From the NCBI GenBank assembly GCA_043228905.1, contig JBHGNT010000005.1, forward strand, positions 8,184,001-8,248,000: 64,000 nucleotides of DNA. Direction: 5' to 3'. The DNA is from Azolla caroliniana (Eukaryota > Plantae > Polypodiophyta). Positions 60,275-64,000 of this stretch are shown here, one piece after another. How positions within the stretch are numbered: the stretch's first letter is position 1; each line of letters opens with the position of its first letter. Under the pieces are notes generated by a model, which was not told the DNA's origin, made no database searches, and was given only the letters and a program-made list of their open reading frames with translations. The translations under genes and the position numbers were made by a program.

Positions 60275-63200
60275 TGTCGAATACAAGTGTATAATGGACG
60301 TATTCACACTATCTCTTTGTATAGATCAAGTTTGGGCCATTTGTGTAATTAGCATAAATGGTAGTTGCCCTAAGTCGGTCACTATATAAAGTGACCTTGT
60401 AACCTTTTTGTAAGGTTGGTTGTATTATTCTTTTCTATTGAATAAAGAGTCTTTTGTGCCTCTCTCTCTCTCTCTCTTTCTCTCTGTCTCTGTGCACGAT
60501 CTTGCAAACTGTCATACGCAGGTACTCAACACTAATCGAATGCTGCTTGATCTTCCGCATCGACACGGCCTTGTCTCCAACATCTGGTATCAGAGCCTGC
60601 ACAGTATTCGGTCCTTCAACTCGCTGTCGGCCGTCGTCTCAGCCTGCACAGCATTCGGTTTCCTGCGTCATTTGAAGAAGAGAGAAGAAGAAGAAAAAAA
60701 AAAACGAGGTTTGCATCTCATCGCGTTAGATCATCTTCGCTTGGAGTAAGCCAGCCGGTTGTACTCTGTTCCTTGTGATCGTAACCGCTCGAGGTGAAAT
60801 CCCCTTGTGCAACATTGACACGATCGTGCTCCACTCGGTTAAACGGCATCCGAAGAGGTCATCAAACGCTGCTCGCCGCTCATTGTAACCACTCGGTGCA
60901 GATCGGTCTCAAGACAACAACCCCAATTCGTGCTTCATCCGGCTGATCGACATTCGGGAGGATCAGTTGGATCCGTCTCTCTCGTCGCTGCAGTCACCCG
61001 AAGCAGAATCGGTCCAGACAATCGGTTTCAATAATCAGTATTTGGCATATATATTCGGAAGCGAACCGGGCTCACTCCGACTCGGCAACATTCGGGAAGA
61101 CCAGTCGGTTCTGTCCCTCAAGTTACCGGAGTCAATTCGAGCAAGTTCAACAATACATATATCCGAAGCCGAACCGACTCGGGTTCAAATCCAACTAGAA
61201 CGATATCGGGTGAGCCAACCGGCTGCACTCCAACAAGGTTCGTAGTCAACTCCGAACCGAGCTTCGTCAACCGAAACCAAATTTGATGGCATCAACATCC
61301 GGCTCGTCAGAAATGAGTCTACGAAAGTTCGATGGATCGAACTTCAACTTCTGGAAAGAGCAAATGCAGGACTATCTCATAGTCAAGGGGCAAATCGATC
61401 CCATCGAAAATGAAGAACCTCCAGAAGGATACAAACCAATTGAGTGGCAGAAGCTGGACAGAATCGTCCGCGCCACGATTCGGATGCACCTATCGGAATC
61501 GGTATACTTTACGGTGCAATCGTGTACGACAGCATTCGAACTGTGGAAAACACTATCGGACACTTACGAAAAGAAGGTCGCCGCAACGAAGATGTTTCTG
61601 ATCCGGCGCCTCTATAACTTGCGGATGAAAGAATCCGATTCGGTTCAAGCACATCTCAATGAGTACGAAATCATAAGCTCCCAAATCTCATCTCAGGGGA
61701 CGGCAATCGAGGATGAACTCAGAGCAATGATACTCATGAGCAGCCTTCCCTCATCATGGGAAACTTTCGTCACAACCGTGTGCAACGCGTCAACCACGGT
61801 TGTTAAATACTCCGAAGTCACGAGCGCAATCCTGACCGAAGCAGCTCGGAGAAAGTCTTTCGCCAAAGACTCAACAGACGACGCTTACGTAGTACAAGGT
61901 TCGACAGACCGATCGAACATACGAGGAAGAGATTCCTCACGGCAGCCGAACAATCAGCGAAGACGGAGCCAATCACGGGATAATCGAATCTGCAACTATT
62001 GCAAGAAACCCGGACACATCAAAGCCGACTGCCGCGCACTCAAGAACAAGAACGACAAGTCTCAGAAATCAGACAAGAAGAGTGGCCGGCATGAGGAGAT
62101 CAATTACGTCAGCTTCTCAGCTGATGTGCTACCAAACGACCCGAATATACTATCAATCGAAAATCCAGTCGGATCAGAAGTTCTGCTCACGACTGAAGAA
62201 TCGAGCACATGGCTCTTAGATTCGGGCGCGTCATTTCACGTGACTCCTCATCGATCCCAATTTCGGCAATATACGATCCGTCACTCCGACTCAGTTCGAG
62301 TCGGCAACTCGCAACACTGTGACATCATTGGAATCGGCACAGTAGAGCTCAACCTTGCAGGTGGCTCTACACTTGTACTTCACAATGTCCGACATGTACC
62401 CGAGCTCTCAAGACCATTGATCTCAGTCGGACAACTAGATGAAGACGGCATTCATGCCGGTTTTTCTTCGGGAGGGTGGACACTCCACAGGGGGAACCTC
62501 CTGCTTGCTAGAGGACCCAAGATACACTCATTGTATCCGTTACATGTTACGCTCAGAGAGGGTAACCTGTTTTTGGTGGATATACCTGTGTCATCACTAT
62601 GGCACAGAAGATTAGGACACCTCAGCAAGGCCGGCATTACGCACCTATCTAGAGCCGGATACATCCCTAAACTCTCCTTCTCGGACCATCAATTCTGCGA
62701 ACATTGCCAGTATGGCAAACAAGCAGCCGCATCACACCCGACATCAGCACCAAGAGAAACGAGACCTCTCGATTTAGTCCACTCGGACGTCTGTGGCCCA
62801 ATGCCGCATCAGTCTCTCGGCGGTGCCTCTTACTTCGTCAGTTTTATTTACGATTCAACTCGAAAGGTGTGGGCTTATCCAATTCGCACCAAAGATCGTG
62901 TCTTCTCGATCTTCTCCGATTGGCTCGCTATGGTAGAAAATCAAACTGACCGAAAACTGAAATGCTTTCGGACCGACAATGGGGGAGAGTTCAAATCAGA
63001 AGAATTCGTCAAATTCTGCCGACAACGCGGCATCCGACGTGAATTTACGGCACCACACAGTCCGGAGCAAAACGGGATTGCAGAACGCATGAATCGGACA
63101 ATCCAAGAACGGATAGTTTCCATGCTCCAACACTCCGGACTGTCGGATGGCTTCTGGGCAGAGGCTCTACTCACGGCAGTACACATAATCAATATGTCGC

Positions 63201-64000
63201 CAAGCAGACCTCTAGGACTTCAAATTCCTCAGGAACTATGGATCGGCAGTAAGCCGAATTACGACAAGCTGAGGATCTTCGGATGCGAGGCGTACGCCCT
63301 TATTCCGAAAGATGATCGTCGAAAACTTGCACCTCGGTCCAGGAAATGCATTTTCCTTGGATATGGATCAGACGGCGAAATGGGATACCGACTCTGGGAC
63401 CCCGAACGCAGACAAATCGTTCGAAGTTCGGACGTTGTGTTCAACGAGTCGGCTATGAATCCATCAGTCGAAAAACCGATCGAAGTCCGAAGGGTAACAT
63501 TTTCCGATGTGCCGACCCTTCAAGAAGGCCCCGCTCTCAACACACGGTCAGCTTCACGGGTAGCTGAACCTTACACTACCGACTCGGACAACTCTGACTC
63601 GGCACATCAGAATAATTCGCTTTCGGACCATCCGACCTCGATACCCGATACGACCAGTCCAATCATACCTCGACGATCCGAGAGACTGTCGCAACCTCCG
63701 GAGAGGTATTCTCCTGGAATTTTCTTCACCGACGCCGGCGAACCGACGTCTTACGAAGAAGCATCGACATCTGTCGATTCAACCACCTGGCATCTGGCGA
63801 TGGAGTCGGAAATGCACTCCATTCGGGCAAACAAGTCTTGGGATCTGGTCGAATTACCTAAGAATCGACGTGCTCTTCCTTGCAAGTGGGTTTATCGACT
63901 AAAAGAGACGTCTGATTCGACCACCCCAAAGTACAAGGCCAGATTAGTTGCGAAGGGCTTCCGACAAGAATATGGCGTCTACTTCGACGAGATTTTTTCA
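60275..64000 (+). mobile_element. Young copia: 5' LTR 60275-60582, PBS-Met 60585-60597, about 690-nt leader
   Basis: TGTCGA...TCCAACA followed by TGGTATCAGAGCC. Confidence 0.92.
61286..64000 (+). CDS. Copia gag-pol polyprotein, open to the window end (at least 905 codons)
   Basis: MASTSGSSEMSLRKFDGSNFNFWK, CNYCKKPGHIKADC, WLLDSGASFH, LWHRRLGH, RTDNGGEF, LPCKWVY, KARLVAKGF. First and last codons are in the same frame. Its absence from the ORF track fits the lack of a stop. Confidence 0.9.
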   Translation, partial: MASTSGSSEMSLRKFDGSNFNFWKEQMQDYLIVKGQIDPIENEEPPEGYKPIEWQKLDRIVRATIRMHLSESVYFTVQSCTTAFELWKTLSDTYEKKVAATKMFLIRRLYNLRMKESDSVQAHLNEYEIISSQISSQGTAIEDELRAMILMSSLPSSWETFVTTVCNASTTVVKYSEVTSAILTEAARRKSFAKDSTDDAYVVQGSTDRSNIRGRDSSRQPNNQRRRSQSRDNRICNYCKKPGHIKADCRALKNKNDKSQKSDKKSGRHEEINYVSFSADVLPNDPNILSIENPVGSEVLLTTEESSTWLLDSGASFHVTPHRSQFRQYTIRHSDSVRVGNSQHCDIIGIGTVELNLAGGSTLVLHNVRHVPELSRPLISVGQLDEDGIHAGFSSGGWTLHRGNLLLARGPKIHSLYPLHVTLREGNLFLVDIPVSSLWHRRLGHLSKAGITHLSRAGYIPKLSFSDHQFCEHCQYGKQAAASHPTSAPRETRPLDLVHSDVCGPMPHQSLGGASYFVSFIYDSTRKVWAYPIRTKDRVFSIFSDWLAMVENQTDRKLKCFRTDNGGEFKSEEFVKFCRQRGIRREFTAPHSPEQNGIAERMNRTIQERIVSMLQHSGLSDGFWAEALLTAVHIINMSPSRPLGLQIPQELWIGSKPNYDKLRIFGCEAYALIPKDDRRKLAPRSRKCIFLGYGSDGEMGYRLWDPERRQIVRSSDVVFNESAMNPSVEKPIEVRRVTFSDVPTLQEGPALNTRSASRVAEPYTTDSDNSDSAHQNNSLSDHPTSIPDTTSPIIPRRSERLSQPPERYSPGIFFTDAGEPTSYEEASTSVDSTTWHLAMESEMHSIRANKSWDLVELPKNRRALPCKWVYRLKETSDSTTPKYKARLVAKGFRQEYGVYFDEIFS

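Noticed and set aside
60275-60582. Fifth member of the TGTCG NCGN-targeting group
   Set aside because: It ends CCAACA and is followed by a Met PBS and copia gag-pol, so it is a different superfamily.

Overview
This is eukaryotic, plant-type repetitive DNA. I found no host gene, rRNA, bona fide tRNA or CRISPR array. The 64 kb is a stack of nested transposons: several Ty1/copia families, Ty3/gypsy relics, L1 and RTE LINE fragments, a hAT MITE with an 8-bp TSD, and two large decayed DNA transposons with Sola2-like (about 28.99-47.25 kb) and Sola1-like (about 54.7-58.0 kb) transposases. Three copia elements are complete with 5-bp TSDs, one copy has an intact 931-aa pol, and one has an open gag-pol running off the right end. 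TTTAGGG repeats, a self-priming Tcn1/Tf1-like chromovirus and Sola-like elements suggest a non-seed land plant (inference). Highlights: (1) a non-autonomous gypsy-like element at 31147-34380 with a tRNA-Trp primer site, whose 5' LTR is a perfect 263-bp-arm palindrome yet is flanked by an intact TSD, apparently a snap-back of minus-strand strong-stop DNA that was integrated; (2) four TGTCG...CGACA LTR insertions with 4-bp NCGN target duplications, suggesting CpG targeting; (3) similar antisense tRNA-like A/B-box cassettes in the LTRs of two different gypsy lineages; (4) a copia family with a duplicated PPT and a conserved in-frame RNase H tail. Coordinates were read by eye and family names come from motif recall, not database searches.
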